Below, piece by piece: positions 23,593-32,626 of a stretch of 64,000 nt of DNA; within the stretch, counting starts at the first letter, position 1, and each line of letters begins with the position of its first letter. The position numbers were made by a program, and so were the translations under genes. The notes beneath the pieces were generated by a model. It did not search any database. It saw only the letters and a list, made by a program, of their open reading frames with translations, and was not told where the DNA came from. The stretch is from an uncultured Phycisphaeraceae bacterium (GTDB taxonomy: Bacteria; Planctomycetota; Phycisphaerae; Phycisphaerales; Phycisphaeraceae): assembly GCA_964511575.1 (NCBI GenBank), contig CAZEFM010000005.1, forward strand, positions 6,232 through 70,231, given 5' to 3'.

Positions 23593-24156
23593 ATGGGTGT
23601 GGATGATGCCGAATTGGCGCGGCGTGTGGCTCAAAACGATCGTGAGGCCGCAGCGGCGCTCGTCACGCGCTATCAGGCGTCCCTGCGAACCTTCCTCGGA
23701 CGCATCTGCACCTGTCAGGAGGCCGCCGACGACCTGGCGCAGGAAACCTTCATCCGCATGCTGCGATACGCCCATCGCTACGACGGGCGCTATCCGATGA
23801 AGACCTGGCTCTTCACCATCGCCCGACGGCTGCTCATCAACCACCTGCGCGACTCCGGCCGCATGCACCTCGGCGATGGTTTCGACGCGCAACCATCCGC
23901 CCACGCCCGTCCCGATGAACTGGCCAGCCGAAACGACCAGCAGCACTGGACGCGCGGCATGTTGCGACAGGCGATGGCCGAACTGCCCGAAGCGCAGCGT
24001 CAGGTGCTGATGCTCTTTTATCATCAGGATCAGTCGATCGACGAGATCGCCCGGACGATGCAGATGCCCCATGGCACAGTCAAAAGCCATCTGCACCGGG
24101 CCCGTGCCGCGCTGCGGACGTTGCTTGCCCCCCAACGGGAGGCGATGGAACCATGA
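23593..24156 (+). CDS. ECF-type RNA polymerase sigma-70 family factor
   Basis: Region 2 ('DLAQETFIRMLRY...WLFTIARRLLINHLR') and region 4 ('LPEAQRQVLMLFYHQDQSIDEIARTMQMPHGTVKSHLHRARAALR'). ATG 23593 gives 187 aa; ATG 23482 is an alternative. Confidence 0.85.
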   Translation: MGVDDAELARRVAQNDREAAAALVTRYQASLRTFLGRICTCQEAADDLAQETFIRMLRYAHRYDGRYPMKTWLFTIARRLLINHLRDSGRMHLGDGFDAQPSAHARPDELASRNDQQHWTRGMLRQAMAELPEAQRQVLMLFYHQDQSIDEIARTMQMPHGTVKSHLHRARAALRTLLAPQREAMEP

Positions 24157-24791
24157 TCAATCAACCTTCAGACAAACACGTGAATCACCCACCCCTGTCC
24201 CGCCACGATGAACGCTGGGAGGCGTACCGCGATGGCACGCTGTCCGATGAGCAGCGGGCGCGTTTCGAAGAGTGCCTGGCGCGCGACGAGCAGGCGGCTG
24301 ACCTCTTTGCCCGGGAGTCGCAATGGCTGGCGATGCTTGGCGAGGATGAGCGCTTCGACGATGCCGATGCGTTCACCGACCGCGTCGTGGCGCGATGGGC
24401 CGAAACGCCGCGCGGCGGTGTGCTCGGCCGAATCGGCCACCGCAAAATGGCGGCCATCGGCATCGCATGGGCGGCGCTTTTGGCGCTCGTCGTCGGGCTG
24501 AGCCAGACCGCCTGGTGGGGCGGCACGACGATGCCCGCCAACACCCACTCGCGTCCTGCGGCTCACCCCGTCAGCACGCTGCTGGAACACGCCAACCGTC
24601 GTTACGACGAACAGGCGATGCGGGTGACACGCATGCTCGACCAGTCGGGCGAACTGATCAATCCGGAAACGTTTGTGTACATGCTCGTGGAGCCCGTCTC
24701 CCGCGGCCGCTTCACCGCGCCCGTTGCTCCGAACGAAACAACATCGTCCGATGTGCAACCGGTCGCGCCGAACGACGGTAGCAACAGGTGA
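24153..24791 (+). CDS. putative anti-sigma factor (single-pass membrane protein)
   Basis: The ATGA overlap with the sigma gene suggests coupling. The N-terminal 'WEAYRDGTLSDEQRARFEECLARDEQ' resembles anti-sigma N-terminal helices. One TM helix ('AAIGIAWAALLALVVGL'). Confidence 0.6.
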   Translation: MINQPSDKHVNHPPLSRHDERWEAYRDGTLSDEQRARFEECLARDEQAADLFARESQWLAMLGEDERFDDADAFTDRVVARWAETPRGGVLGRIGHRKMAAIGIAWAALLALVVGLSQTAWWGGTTMPANTHSRPAAHPVSTLLEHANRRYDEQAMRVTRMLDQSGELINPETFVYMLVEPVSRGRFTAPVAPNETTSSDVQPVAPNDGSNR

Positions 24792-24834
24792 CTCGCGAGC
24801 GACGCAATCAAACGAACCAACGAAAGGCTAACCG

Positions 24835-26364
24835 ATGAAACTGCGCCGAATCAGCGCAATGGTGATGATGACCCTGCTGTTGTTGCAGTTGCCTGCCGTG
24901 GGGCAGGAGACGGCCCGGCTGGCGCCAGCCAACGCGGGGGTGTATATCGAGATCAACAACCTGGCGGAACATCGTGCCGACTGGGAAGAAGACCCGGTGG
25001 CGCAGTTGTTCCGCGACCACTTCCCCGAGCCGCCACAGAACGAGGATTGGCAGGCGGTGCAGGATGCGCTGGGCATGACCAGCGAACAGATCGTCGACAC
25101 GTACTTCGGCCGGACGGTGGCGCTCATTGGTCGGGAGCCGGGGCCGAACCAGCCGGTGGTGCTCGTCAGCCGTATTGTGCCTGAGGACGGCGTGCTGGCG
25201 CGGGAGGGGCTGCAACTCGTCGAGGGCGAGAAGGTGGGCAACTTCGCCACCTACACCACGCCTGATGGTCAGACGCGCTTCGCGTTTCACGATGAATGGA
25301 TGGTGATCAGCAACATCGATCACAACGACTACTTCCGCGATGTGCTGGCACGCGATCCCAATGCGCCGTCGCTGGCTGAGGATGACACGTTCCTCGCCTG
25401 GACGCAGCGTCTGCCCGAGGAACGCACCGGCACCATCTACATGCACAACCCTGCCCGGGGTGAGATTCACGTGATGGGCATTGTCAAGCCTCATCGCGAC
25501 ACGACCGTGCATTATGTGGGTTATTCGCCGGGATTCCGTCAGATTTATTCGCGATTGAGCGATGCCGAAGGCTTCGATTTCGGACCGCTGCCGCGTGGCA
25601 CGCTGGCCGCATTCACGCTCAACGTGTACGACCCCGAGCCGCGGGCCGGCCGAGGCAACGCGTTCGTCGATCAGTTGCTCGCACCGGCGACGCTGCGGGA
25701 AGTGATGGCGCAGCTTCAGGCGCCGACCGTGTTCTTCATGGGCGAGGTGCCCGGGCAGCAGCTCGATGACAACCCCGGGTTCGCGGTGCCGGCGTTCGGC
25801 CTGGCGATCAAGCTGCGTGACGAAAAGGTGGCGGAGGACATCACCCGGGGGTTGAACAACGCGATGATGATGGCGGCGATGGCAGCCGCGGCGCAACCGC
25901 AGAACCTGCCGCCCCTGACCACCAAACAGGCGACCCATGCCGGCACGCCGTACCAGGTGGTGAACCTCGGCGAACTGCTGGCGGCGCAATCGAATCGGCC
26001 TGAACTGAAGCACATGCAGCTCACCTACGGCCGGGTCAAGGACTGGTACGTGGTGTGCACGCAGGAGATGTTTTTCCGCCAGTCGATTTCGGCGCAGCGT
26101 GGCGACTTCGCCCCCGCCGATGCCGCCAACGACATGGAGCCGATCGCCCGCGCGTTTGTTCGGCCGACGGCGCTGGGTACGCACATCATCGGGTTGGCGG
26201 AACATCTGCGTGACAACCCGGTGGACCGCGTGACGCCGGACACCTGGGCGAACCTGAAGGTGATGGGTCAGGCGTTGACGTTCTACAAATCGGTGAACCT
26301 GCAATTCCACCGCGCTGCCGACGATGCGATCATCGGCAAGCTGGAAGTCATACGCGAAGACTGA
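24835..26364 (+). CDS. secreted hypothetical protein (possibly DUF3352-like)
   Basis: 509-aa ORF with an N-terminal signal peptide ('MVMMTLLLLQLPAVGQE'). Amino acid composition is normal, unlike the Arg/His-rich antisense ORF. It follows the sigma/anti-sigma pair. Confidence 0.6.
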   Translation: MKLRRISAMVMMTLLLLQLPAVGQETARLAPANAGVYIEINNLAEHRADWEEDPVAQLFRDHFPEPPQNEDWQAVQDALGMTSEQIVDTYFGRTVALIGREPGPNQPVVLVSRIVPEDGVLAREGLQLVEGEKVGNFATYTTPDGQTRFAFHDEWMVISNIDHNDYFRDVLARDPNAPSLAEDDTFLAWTQRLPEERTGTIYMHNPARGEIHVMGIVKPHRDTTVHYVGYSPGFRQIYSRLSDAEGFDFGPLPRGTLAAFTLNVYDPEPRAGRGNAFVDQLLAPATLREVMAQLQAPTVFFMGEVPGQQLDDNPGFAVPAFGLAIKLRDEKVAEDITRGLNNAMMMAAMAAAAQPQNLPPLTTKQATHAGTPYQVVNLGELLAAQSNRPELKHMQLTYGRVKDWYVVCTQEMFFRQSISAQRGDFAPADAANDMEPIARAFVRPTALGTHIIGLAEHLRDNPVDRVTPDTWANLKVMGQALTFYKSVNLQFHRAADDAIIGKLEVIRED

Positions 26365-26404
26365 GGGGGGTGGCAGCCTCCGCCGGCTGCCCACTTCGTG
26401 TACA

Positions 26405-26428
26405 CCGCCGGTGAAAGCCGGCGGTTTT
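26405..26428 (+). terminator. intrinsic terminator after the 24835-26364 gene
   Basis: Stem CCGCCGG (26405-26411) pairs with CCGGCGG (26418-26424), followed by TTTT. A second GC hairpin (GGCAGCC/GGCTGCC) lies at about 26372-26391. Confidence 0.5.
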
Positions 26429-26488
26429 CATTGGTGAAGCCTTTGACCTGGGTTGGAAGGAGGTGATGAAACGGGCGGCAAAGTGAAG

Positions 26489-26517
26489 TTGACGCCCTCG
26501 ATGCACGATTTTATGAT
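26489..26517 (+). promoter_or_regulatory. sigma-70-like promoter of the leuA leader (TTGACG-17 nt-TATGAT)
   Basis: -35 TTGACG at 26489-26494 and -10 TATGAT at 26512-26517, with a 17-nt spacer. The leader ATG lies 9 nt downstream of the -10. Confidence 0.4.
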
Positions 26518-26526
26518 GGTGACGCT

Positions 26527-26613
26527 ATGACGAACCGTCTCGCTCTATCTCCGGCTTCCACGCAGCTAAGCAGCCTTGAGCTTCTTGGCCTGCATCTGGT
26601 GCGCCTGGGATAG
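26527..26613 (+). CDS. Leu-rich leader peptide (28 aa) of a leuA transcription attenuator
   Basis: ATG 26527 to TAG 26611-26613 encodes MTNRLALSPASTQLSSLELLGLHLVRLG. It has 9 Leu in 28 residues, 7 of them in the last 14. Too short for the ORF track. Confidence 0.5.
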   Translation: MTNRLALSPASTQLSSLELLGLHLVRLG

Positions 26614-26682
26614 GGCAAACGCGCGATTTTGAGGTTTCCTGTGTCGCCCTGTCCCCCATGCCGGACAGGGCGTTGTTGTTTC
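26607..26682 (+). terminator. leuA attenuator: antiterminator segment plus intrinsic terminator
   Basis: The terminator stem CGCCCTGTCC (26645-26654) pairs with GGACAGGGCG (26663-26672) around an 8-nt loop, followed by TTGTTGTTT. GGGATAGGGC (26607-26616, spanning the leader stop codon) can instead pair with GCCCTGTCCC (26646-26655): 10 bp including one G-U pair. Confidence 0.6.
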
Positions 26683-26743
26683 AGGGGGATGAACGTAAAA
26701 ACCGCAGCATCACGGGGAAGTGCCCCGACGTAAGGAACGAATC

Positions 26744-28342
26744 ATGAGCGAACCAACCCACATCCGGATCTTCGACACCACGTTGCGCGACGGCGAGCAA
26801 TCGCCCGGAGCAAGCCTGAACCGATCGGAGAAGCTGGAGATCGCGCGGCAACTCGAAGCGATGGGGGTGGATGTCATCGAAGCGGGGTTCCCCATCACGT
26901 CGACGGGTGACTTTGAAGCGGTGCGCGCGATCGCAGGGGAGCTGAGTCAGGCGACGGTGGCGGGGTTGGCACGCTGTGTACCGCGTGACATCGATCGTGC
27001 CGGTGAAGCGGTGAAGGATGCCGCCCATCCGCGGATCCACGTCTTCTGTGCGACGAGCAAGATCCATCGTGAGCACAAGCTCAAGAAGGCGATCGATGAA
27101 ATCATTCGTTTGTCGGTGCAGTCGGTGGAGCAGGCGCGCCAGTACACCGATGACGTGGAGTTTTCGCCGGAGGACGGCTCGCGCACGGAACTGGATGTGC
27201 TCGTGGAGATCACGCAGGCCGTTGTCGAGGCGGGCGCCACGACGGTGAACATTCCCGACACGGTGGGTTACGCCATGCCCGAGGAGTACGGCAACATCTT
27301 CCGTTACGTGCGGGAGAAGCTGCCCATGCTCGATGAGCGGAATATCTACCTCAGCGCACACTGCCACAACGACCTGGGGCTCGCCGTCGCGAACTCGCTG
27401 GCGGCGGTACAGAACGGCTGCCGTCAGGTCGAGTGCACCATCAACGGCATCGGTGAACGCGCGGGCAACGCGGCGCTCGAGGAAATCATCATGGCGCTGC
27501 GCACCCGGCAGGACTACTTCAACCGCTTCATCACGAAGGTGAACACCCGGAAGATCTACCCGATTTCGCGCACCGTTTCGATGATGACGGGTTTGTTTGT
27601 GCAGCGAAACAAGGCGATCGTCGGCGAGAATGCGTTTGCCCATGAATCGGGCATCCATCAGGATGGCATGCTCAAGCATCGCGATACCTATGAGATCATG
27701 AACCCCTCGGAGATCGGCATCCCCGAGAGCAAGCTGGTGCTGGGCAAGCATTCGGGACGGCACGCGTTTCGTCAGCGCATTGTGGACATGGGCTACACCA
27801 TCGACGATGCGGCGCTCGAGAAGGCGTTTGATGCATTCAAGGCGCTGGCGGACAAGAAGAAGGATGTGTACGACGAGGACATCGAAGCGATTCTGGATCA
27901 ACTGCTCGAAGAAGAGCGGCCGATGTGGGAACTGGTGCGGTTTCAGGTGACCAGCGGCACGGGGGTGATCGCGATGGCGACAGTGGTGATGCGCGACAGC
28001 AGCGGTGTCGAACGCATGGAGGCGGCGACGGGCGACGGGCCGATCGACGCGATCTATTCCGCCATGCAGCAGGCGACCGGTGTTACCGTGAAGCTCGAGG
28101 ACTATCAGACGCGTTCGATCACCAGCGGCAAGGATGCGCAGGGTGAGGTGACGGTTGCGGTGCGACACAACGATCGACAGGTTCGCGGTCGCGGCTTCTC
28201 CACCGACGTTGTCGAAGCGGCCGCCAAGGCGTATCTGTCGGCACTTAACCGCATCCGCAGCACCGAAGCCCGAAGCGTTCCCGCGACAAGTCCGACGGAT
28301 GATGAAGCCGCGGCTTCACAGGTAGCAGCCGTGACGCCATGA
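26744..28342 (+). CDS. leuA: 2-isopropylmalate synthase
   Basis: 'IRIFDTTLRDGEQSPGASL', 'HCHNDLGLAVANSLAAVQNG' and 'ECTINGIGERAGNAALEE', plus a C-terminal LeuA dimerisation/regulatory domain. ATG 26744 follows an AAGGAA Shine-Dalgarno. Confidence 0.95.
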   Translation: MSEPTHIRIFDTTLRDGEQSPGASLNRSEKLEIARQLEAMGVDVIEAGFPITSTGDFEAVRAIAGELSQATVAGLARCVPRDIDRAGEAVKDAAHPRIHVFCATSKIHREHKLKKAIDEIIRLSVQSVEQARQYTDDVEFSPEDGSRTELDVLVEITQAVVEAGATTVNIPDTVGYAMPEEYGNIFRYVREKLPMLDERNIYLSAHCHNDLGLAVANSLAAVQNGCRQVECTINGIGERAGNAALEEIIMALRTRQDYFNRFITKVNTRKIYPISRTVSMMTGLFVQRNKAIVGENAFAHESGIHQDGMLKHRDTYEIMNPSEIGIPESKLVLGKHSGRHAFRQRIVDMGYTIDDAALEKAFDAFKALADKKKDVYDEDIEAILDQLLEEERPMWELVRFQVTSGTGVIAMATVVMRDSSGVERMEAATGDGPIDAIYSAMQQATGVTVKLEDYQTRSITSGKDAQGEVTVAVRHNDRQVRGRGFSTDVVEAAAKAYLSALNRIRSTEARSVPATSPTDDEAAASQVAAVTP

Positions 28343-28920
28343 GCCTGATCATTCCCATCGACGATGAGTTGACGCTTCGTCTGCTTGAGCCGCAGCATGC
28401 GGAGGAGATCTATGCTGTTGCGGATGCGAATCGTGAGCACATCGGGCAATGGATGCCGTGGGTTGCGGTGACGCGCAGTGCCGCGGACTCCCGTGCTTAT
28501 GCGGAGCGGGCGCTGCGCGATTTTGCGGAACGTCGGCAAATGCATATGGCCATGGTGTATCGCGGCAGGATCGTCGGTGGCACGGGATGGGTCGACTGGA
28601 AGGACTACAGCACATCGGGCATGAACGTCACCGGCGCGACAGCGGACATTGGATACTGGGTGGCGGCTGATCTGCAGGGCAGAGGCATCGTTACCCGAAG
28701 TGTGCGGGCGCTGATCGATCTGGCATTTCGCGAGTATCAGATGCACCGCCTGACTATCCGCGCCGAGCCGCAGAACAGACGCAGTTGTGCCGTGGCGCTG
28801 CGTCTGGGCTTTCGCCACGAAGGCACACTCCGCCATGTCTGTCGCTGGAACGACCGTTGGATCGACCACAACCTTTACGCGCTCCTGGCGGAGGAGTGGC
28901 GAGGGCGTGGACAATCGTGA
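28339..28920 (+). CDS. GNAT-family N-acetyltransferase (RimJ/RimL-like)
   Basis: The start overlaps the leuA stop (ATGA). Contains 'IGYWVAADLQGRGIVTRSVRALIDLAF' (acetyl-CoA Q/RxxGxG/A motif) and 'HRLTIRAEPQNRRSCAVALRLGFRHEGTLR'. Confidence 0.85.
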   Translation: MSLIIPIDDELTLRLLEPQHAEEIYAVADANREHIGQWMPWVAVTRSAADSRAYAERALRDFAERRQMHMAMVYRGRIVGGTGWVDWKDYSTSGMNVTGATADIGYWVAADLQGRGIVTRSVRALIDLAFREYQMHRLTIRAEPQNRRSCAVALRLGFRHEGTLRHVCRWNDRWIDHNLYALLAEEWRGRGQS

Positions 28921-28953
28921 CGAAAGCTGCCGATGATCGCACGGCAGCTTTCG
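28921..28953. terminator. bidirectional intrinsic terminator between convergent GNAT and Mn-catalase genes
   Basis: Perfect 12-bp stem: CGAAAGCTGCCG (28921-28932) pairs with CGGCAGCTTTCG (28942-28953) around a 9-nt loop. TGTTTG follows on the plus side. Confidence 0.6.
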
Positions 28954-28987
28954 TGTTTGCTTCGTCCGTGTTGATTGCGGTGTTCGC

Positions 28988-29845
28988 CTATCGGTCGGCG
29001 GTGGCGAAAAGGGGTTGTTGGAGGGGGCTGAGCTGGGGTTCGTCGGCCATGGGTTGGGGGTTGGGGTTGTAGTGGAATTCGCCTTTGCCGTCGGGGGTGC
29101 GGCCGTGGGCCCAGCGTCCCTGTTCGCTGGCGGTGCCGTTGGAGCAGTTCATGTATTGGTAGGCGACGTCCTGCTTCTGGCGGTCTTCGGGGAAGCTGCG
29201 GGGGGCGGGGGTGGTTTCCAGACCGTCGCGTGCCAGTTCCTCGATGGCGGCGAGCCATTGGTTCTGGTGCATGGTGTCGCGGGCGATGAGGAAGCTGAGC
29301 ATGTCGCGCACGCCATGATCGGTGGTCATCTCGTAGAGACGGCAGACCTGCAGGCGTCCCTGCGATTCGGCGGTGACGTTGGCGCGGAAGTCGCAAAGGA
29401 GATTGCCGCTGCTGATGGTGTAGCGTGCGTTCCAGGGATAACCGACGGAGTCGCTGGGCGTGGCGCCGAGACCGCTGACGATGGCGTGCTGCGGGTTCAT
29501 GCCGGCGGAGAGGATGGCATCGCGTGGTGAGCTGCCGCCGAGCGCCGCCGCCACCGGTCCCACGCGCGCCGCGGCTTCCTGATCCTCGATCGAAGCGCCT
29601 TCGAGCAGTTGCGCGATCATGGTGGCGAGCATCTCGACGTGCGCGATTTCTTCGGTGGCGATGTCGAGGATCATGTCGCGGTACTTGGCTGGTCCGCGGC
29701 AGTTGAAGCCCTGAAACATGTACTGCATCATCACTGTGATTTCGCCCCATTGTCCGCCGAGCACTTCCTGCAGCTTGCGCGCGTAGAGCGGATCAGGCTT
29801 GTCGGGCTTGGCGTTGTATTGCAGTCGCTTGTCGTGGAAGAACAT
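28988..29845 (-). CDS. manganese catalase
   Basis: 'MFFHDKRLQY', 'LGGQWGEITVMMQYMFQG' and 'DIATEEIAHVEMLATMI' are typical Mn-catalase N-terminal di-Mn ligand helices. An AAGGAG Shine-Dalgarno is present. Confidence 0.9.
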   Translation of the reverse strand: MFFHDKRLQYNAKPDKPDPLYARKLQEVLGGQWGEITVMMQYMFQGFNCRGPAKYRDMILDIATEEIAHVEMLATMIAQLLEGASIEDQEAAARVGPVAAALGGSSPRDAILSAGMNPQHAIVSGLGATPSDSVGYPWNARYTISSGNLLCDFRANVTAESQGRLQVCRLYEMTTDHGVRDMLSFLIARDTMHQNQWLAAIEELARDGLETTPAPRSFPEDRQKQDVAYQYMNCSNGTASEQGRWAHGRTPDGKGEFHYNPNPQPMADEPQLSPLQQPLFATADR

Positions 29846-29947
29846 CGTTGGTCACTCCTTTGGAGCGTGTGGTGTTGTGGTTGGCATGTTCAACGGCGCG
29901 GGAGGATGGTCCCCCGTGTTTCTGTTGGTCGCACAAGGCGGGCCATG

Positions 29948-30847
29948 TCAGGCGGCGCCACCGGTTTCGTCGAGGATGGCACCGGTGATGAAGCTGGAGT
30001 CGGCGTCTGAGGCGAGGAAGACGTACATCGGCGCCACTTCCTCCGGTTGAGCGGGACGGTTGTACGCACCGCTTTCACCGAAGTGGCTGACTTCCTCGGC
30101 GCTCATGCCCTCATCCGCGGGATTGAGCGGTGTCCAGATCGAACCGAGCGCAACGGCGTTCACACGGATGCCCTTTTCGGCGAGCATTCTGGACAGGCAC
30201 TTGGTGAACGCGTTGATCGCGCCTTTGGTTGCACCATAATCCACCAGTTCGGCGGATCCTTTGAGACTCACGACGGAACTGGAGGCGATGATCGCGTCGC
30301 CTGCCTTCATGTGGGGCACGGCTGCCTGCGCGAGATAGAAGTACGCGCCGATGTTGACGGCGAAGGTTCGCTGCCATTCCTCATCGGTGATTTGGTCGAG
30401 CGATTCCTTGCGGTTCTGATGAGCGGCGTTGCTGACGAGGATGTTGAGTTGGCCGAAGGCGTGCACGGTGTGCTCGACGACCTGCCGACAGAAGGTGGGG
30501 TCAGCGAGGTCCCCCGCGATGGCGTGACATCGTCGGCCTTCGGCTTCGATGGCCTGGCGCGTTTCCTGGGCGTCGACTTCTTCTTGGGGCAGGTAGGTGA
30601 ACGCGACGTCCGCGCCTTCCCGGGCGTAAAGCACGCAGATGGCTCGGCCGACACCGGAGTCGCCGCCGGTCACCAGTGCCGCCTTGCCCTGCAGCTTGCC
30701 CGCCGCCTTGTAATTCGAAGCCATGTACCGTGGGCGTGGCGACAGCTCCGCTTCGATTCCCGGAGAGGGTTGCGACTGCTCGGGAAAGGGCGGACGGGGC
30801 TCGTTGGCGATCTGCGGCGGGTCGGTCTGTTTGTGCGGCTTGATCAT
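29948..30847 (-). CDS. SDR-family oxidoreductase (YghA/YhdF general-stress type)
   Basis: 299 aa from ATG 30847. Contains 'GKAALVTGGDSGVGRA', 'NILVSNAA' and 'YGATKGAINAFTKCL' (YxxxK). The upstream part of the 396-aa track ORF was discarded. Confidence 0.85.
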   Translation of the reverse strand: MIKPHKQTDPPQIANEPRPPFPEQSQPSPGIEAELSPRPRYMASNYKAAGKLQGKAALVTGGDSGVGRAICVLYAREGADVAFTYLPQEEVDAQETRQAIEAEGRRCHAIAGDLADPTFCRQVVEHTVHAFGQLNILVSNAAHQNRKESLDQITDEEWQRTFAVNIGAYFYLAQAAVPHMKAGDAIIASSSVVSLKGSAELVDYGATKGAINAFTKCLSRMLAEKGIRVNAVALGSIWTPLNPADEGMSAEEVSHFGESGAYNRPAQPEEVAPMYVFLASDADSSFITGAILDETGGAA

Positions 30848-31021
30848 GAGGCGGGCTCCCGTGTGGCTGCGGTTGTCGCATGGAGGTCGACAGGTATGTG
30901 GTAACACACGCGGGGTGCTGCGCCGTTCGGCGAGACACTGGGATTGACGTGGGGCAATCTTGGACGAATGCGGAAGAGCAGAAAAAGAGCGGCGGGAGGC
31001 CGAGAACATGCTGCATGGGAA

Positions 31022-31030
31022 TGCTAGAAT
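31022..31030 (+). promoter_or_regulatory. extended -10-like element TGcTAGAAT upstream of the PhoH-like gene
   Basis: TGCTAGAAT at 31022-31030, about 93 nt upstream of the TTG start. A 7-bp hairpin (CCGCACA/TGTGCGG, about 31064-31080) sits in the putative 5' UTR. Confidence 0.3.
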
Positions 31031-31122
31031 CAACCGATAAGGTGTAAGGCGGGCGACCCGATTCCCGCACATCGTGTGCGGCCGGTCACCGCCGTCGTAC
31101 CGGTTATGGAGGACCCTGACGC

Positions 31123-32523
31123 TTGAACGCGCCCACACCGGTTCCCAACGACGATCACAAGCATTTCGTGCTGGATACCAACGTGCTGCTGCATAATCCC
31201 GCAGCGCTTTACATGTTTGATGACAACGAGGTGGTCATTCCATTCGTTGTGCTGGAGGAACTCGACAAGTTCAAGAAGCAGAACGACGATGTCGGCCGCA
31301 ACGCCCGCGAGGTGATTCGTCATTTGGATCAACTGCGCGCCAAGGGACACCTGGCGGAGGGCGTGACGTGGAACGGCCACGGCGGGCGGATTCGCGTCGC
31401 GTTCTCGGCGGATGAGCGACATCCCTGGTTGGATGCCGATCGGCCGGACAACCACATCATCAATGTGGCGTGGACGCTTTCCAAATCGGGTGTGAAGACT
31501 GTCTTCATCACGAAGGACATCAACGCCCGACTCAAGAGCGATGCGCTGGGAATTCAGACGGAAGATTTCGAAGCGCAGAAGGTCGATGCCGATCGTCTGT
31601 ACAGTGGCAACGTCTCGATCACGCTGCCGGGCGAGTTCATCGATGCGCTTTACGATGAGAAGCAGCTCGAAGTCGCGCGCATCCGTGAGTTTCTGGTGCA
31701 GAAGACAGCGGATGGCCAGACGCATGCAGTCGACCTTTTCGCCAATCAGTATGTGCAGTTGCGTGATGCGATGGATGAATCGCACACGGGGTTGGCGCGA
31801 CGGCTGGCGGACACGGACCATCTGATCCCCATCCATGCGCCGCGCAAACCGGTGTTCGGCATCATGGCGCGCAACGTGCAGCAGATCATGGCGCTGGACC
31901 TGTTGCTCGATGACGAGGTGAAGCTGGTCACGCTGCTGGGGACGGCGGGAACGGGTAAGACGCTCGTTGCCATCGCGGCGGGCATGAGCAAGACGGTCAA
32001 CGAGGGGCGGTATGACAAGTTGCTGGTGGCGCGGCCGATCATGCCGATGGGACGCGATATCGGTTACCTGCCCGGTTCGAAGGACGAGAAGCTCGAGGCG
32101 TGGATGCAGCCGATCTTCGACAATCTGAGTTACCTGATGTCGACGCGCGCTGCCGGACCCCAGCATGCCGAGAGCAAGACGCCGGAGCATCGCATCAAGA
32201 CGCTGATGGATGCGGGGCAACTGGTGCTGGAGCCGCTCACCTATATTCGCGGCCGATCCATCCCGAACCAGTTCATGATCGTCGATGAGGCGCAGAACCT
32301 CACGCCTCACGAGGTGAAGACGATCGTGTCGCGTGTGGGGGATGGGACGAAGATCGTCCTGACGGGCGACGTGGCGCAGATCGACAACCCCTATCTGGAC
32401 AGTTCGTCCAACGGCCTGTCGTACATGGTCGAGCGCATGAAAGGCGAGTCGATTGTCGGCCACGTGACGCTTGCCAAGAGCGAGCGCAGCGCTCTGGCAT
32501 CGCTCGCGGCGGCGAAGCTGTAA
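31123..32523 (+). CDS. PhoH-family ATPase with N-terminal PIN domain (YlaK-like)
   Basis: PIN region ('FVLDTNVLLHNP...IPFVVLEELDKFK'), Walker A ('GTAGTGKTLVA') and Walker B ('MIVDEAQN'). TTG 31123 lies 8 nt after a GGAGGA Shine-Dalgarno. Confidence 0.9.
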   Translation: MNAPTPVPNDDHKHFVLDTNVLLHNPAALYMFDDNEVVIPFVVLEELDKFKKQNDDVGRNAREVIRHLDQLRAKGHLAEGVTWNGHGGRIRVAFSADERHPWLDADRPDNHIINVAWTLSKSGVKTVFITKDINARLKSDALGIQTEDFEAQKVDADRLYSGNVSITLPGEFIDALYDEKQLEVARIREFLVQKTADGQTHAVDLFANQYVQLRDAMDESHTGLARRLADTDHLIPIHAPRKPVFGIMARNVQQIMALDLLLDDEVKLVTLLGTAGTGKTLVAIAAGMSKTVNEGRYDKLLVARPIMPMGRDIGYLPGSKDEKLEAWMQPIFDNLSYLMSTRAAGPQHAESKTPEHRIKTLMDAGQLVLEPLTYIRGRSIPNQFMIVDEAQNLTPHEVKTIVSRVGDGTKIVLTGDVAQIDNPYLDSSSNGLSYMVERMKGESIVGHVTLAKSERSALASLAAAKL

Positions 32524-32614
32524 GTGCGAATTGGAGGGATTGCCCCCATTGCGGCCGCCCTCGGGGGAAACCCGAGTTATCGCTGTCGGGTCGGGCGCGT
32601 GGCTGGGGCGGCGA

Positions 32615-32620
32615 TAGAAT
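32615..32620 (+). promoter_or_regulatory. -10-like hexamer TAGAAT, 6 nt upstream of the ATG of the 1542-aa gene
   Basis: TAGAAT at 32615-32620, spacer ACGGGT, ATG at 32627. No Shine-Dalgarno. Confidence 0.3.
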
Positions 32621-32626
32621 ACGGGT

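Noticed and set aside
28875-29750. A 291-aa minus-strand ORF overlaps the Mn-catalase gene in another frame.
   Set aside because: The same-strand alternative frame is extremely Arg/Pro/His-rich. The Mn-catalase frame has full-length family motifs and an AAGGAG Shine-Dalgarno.
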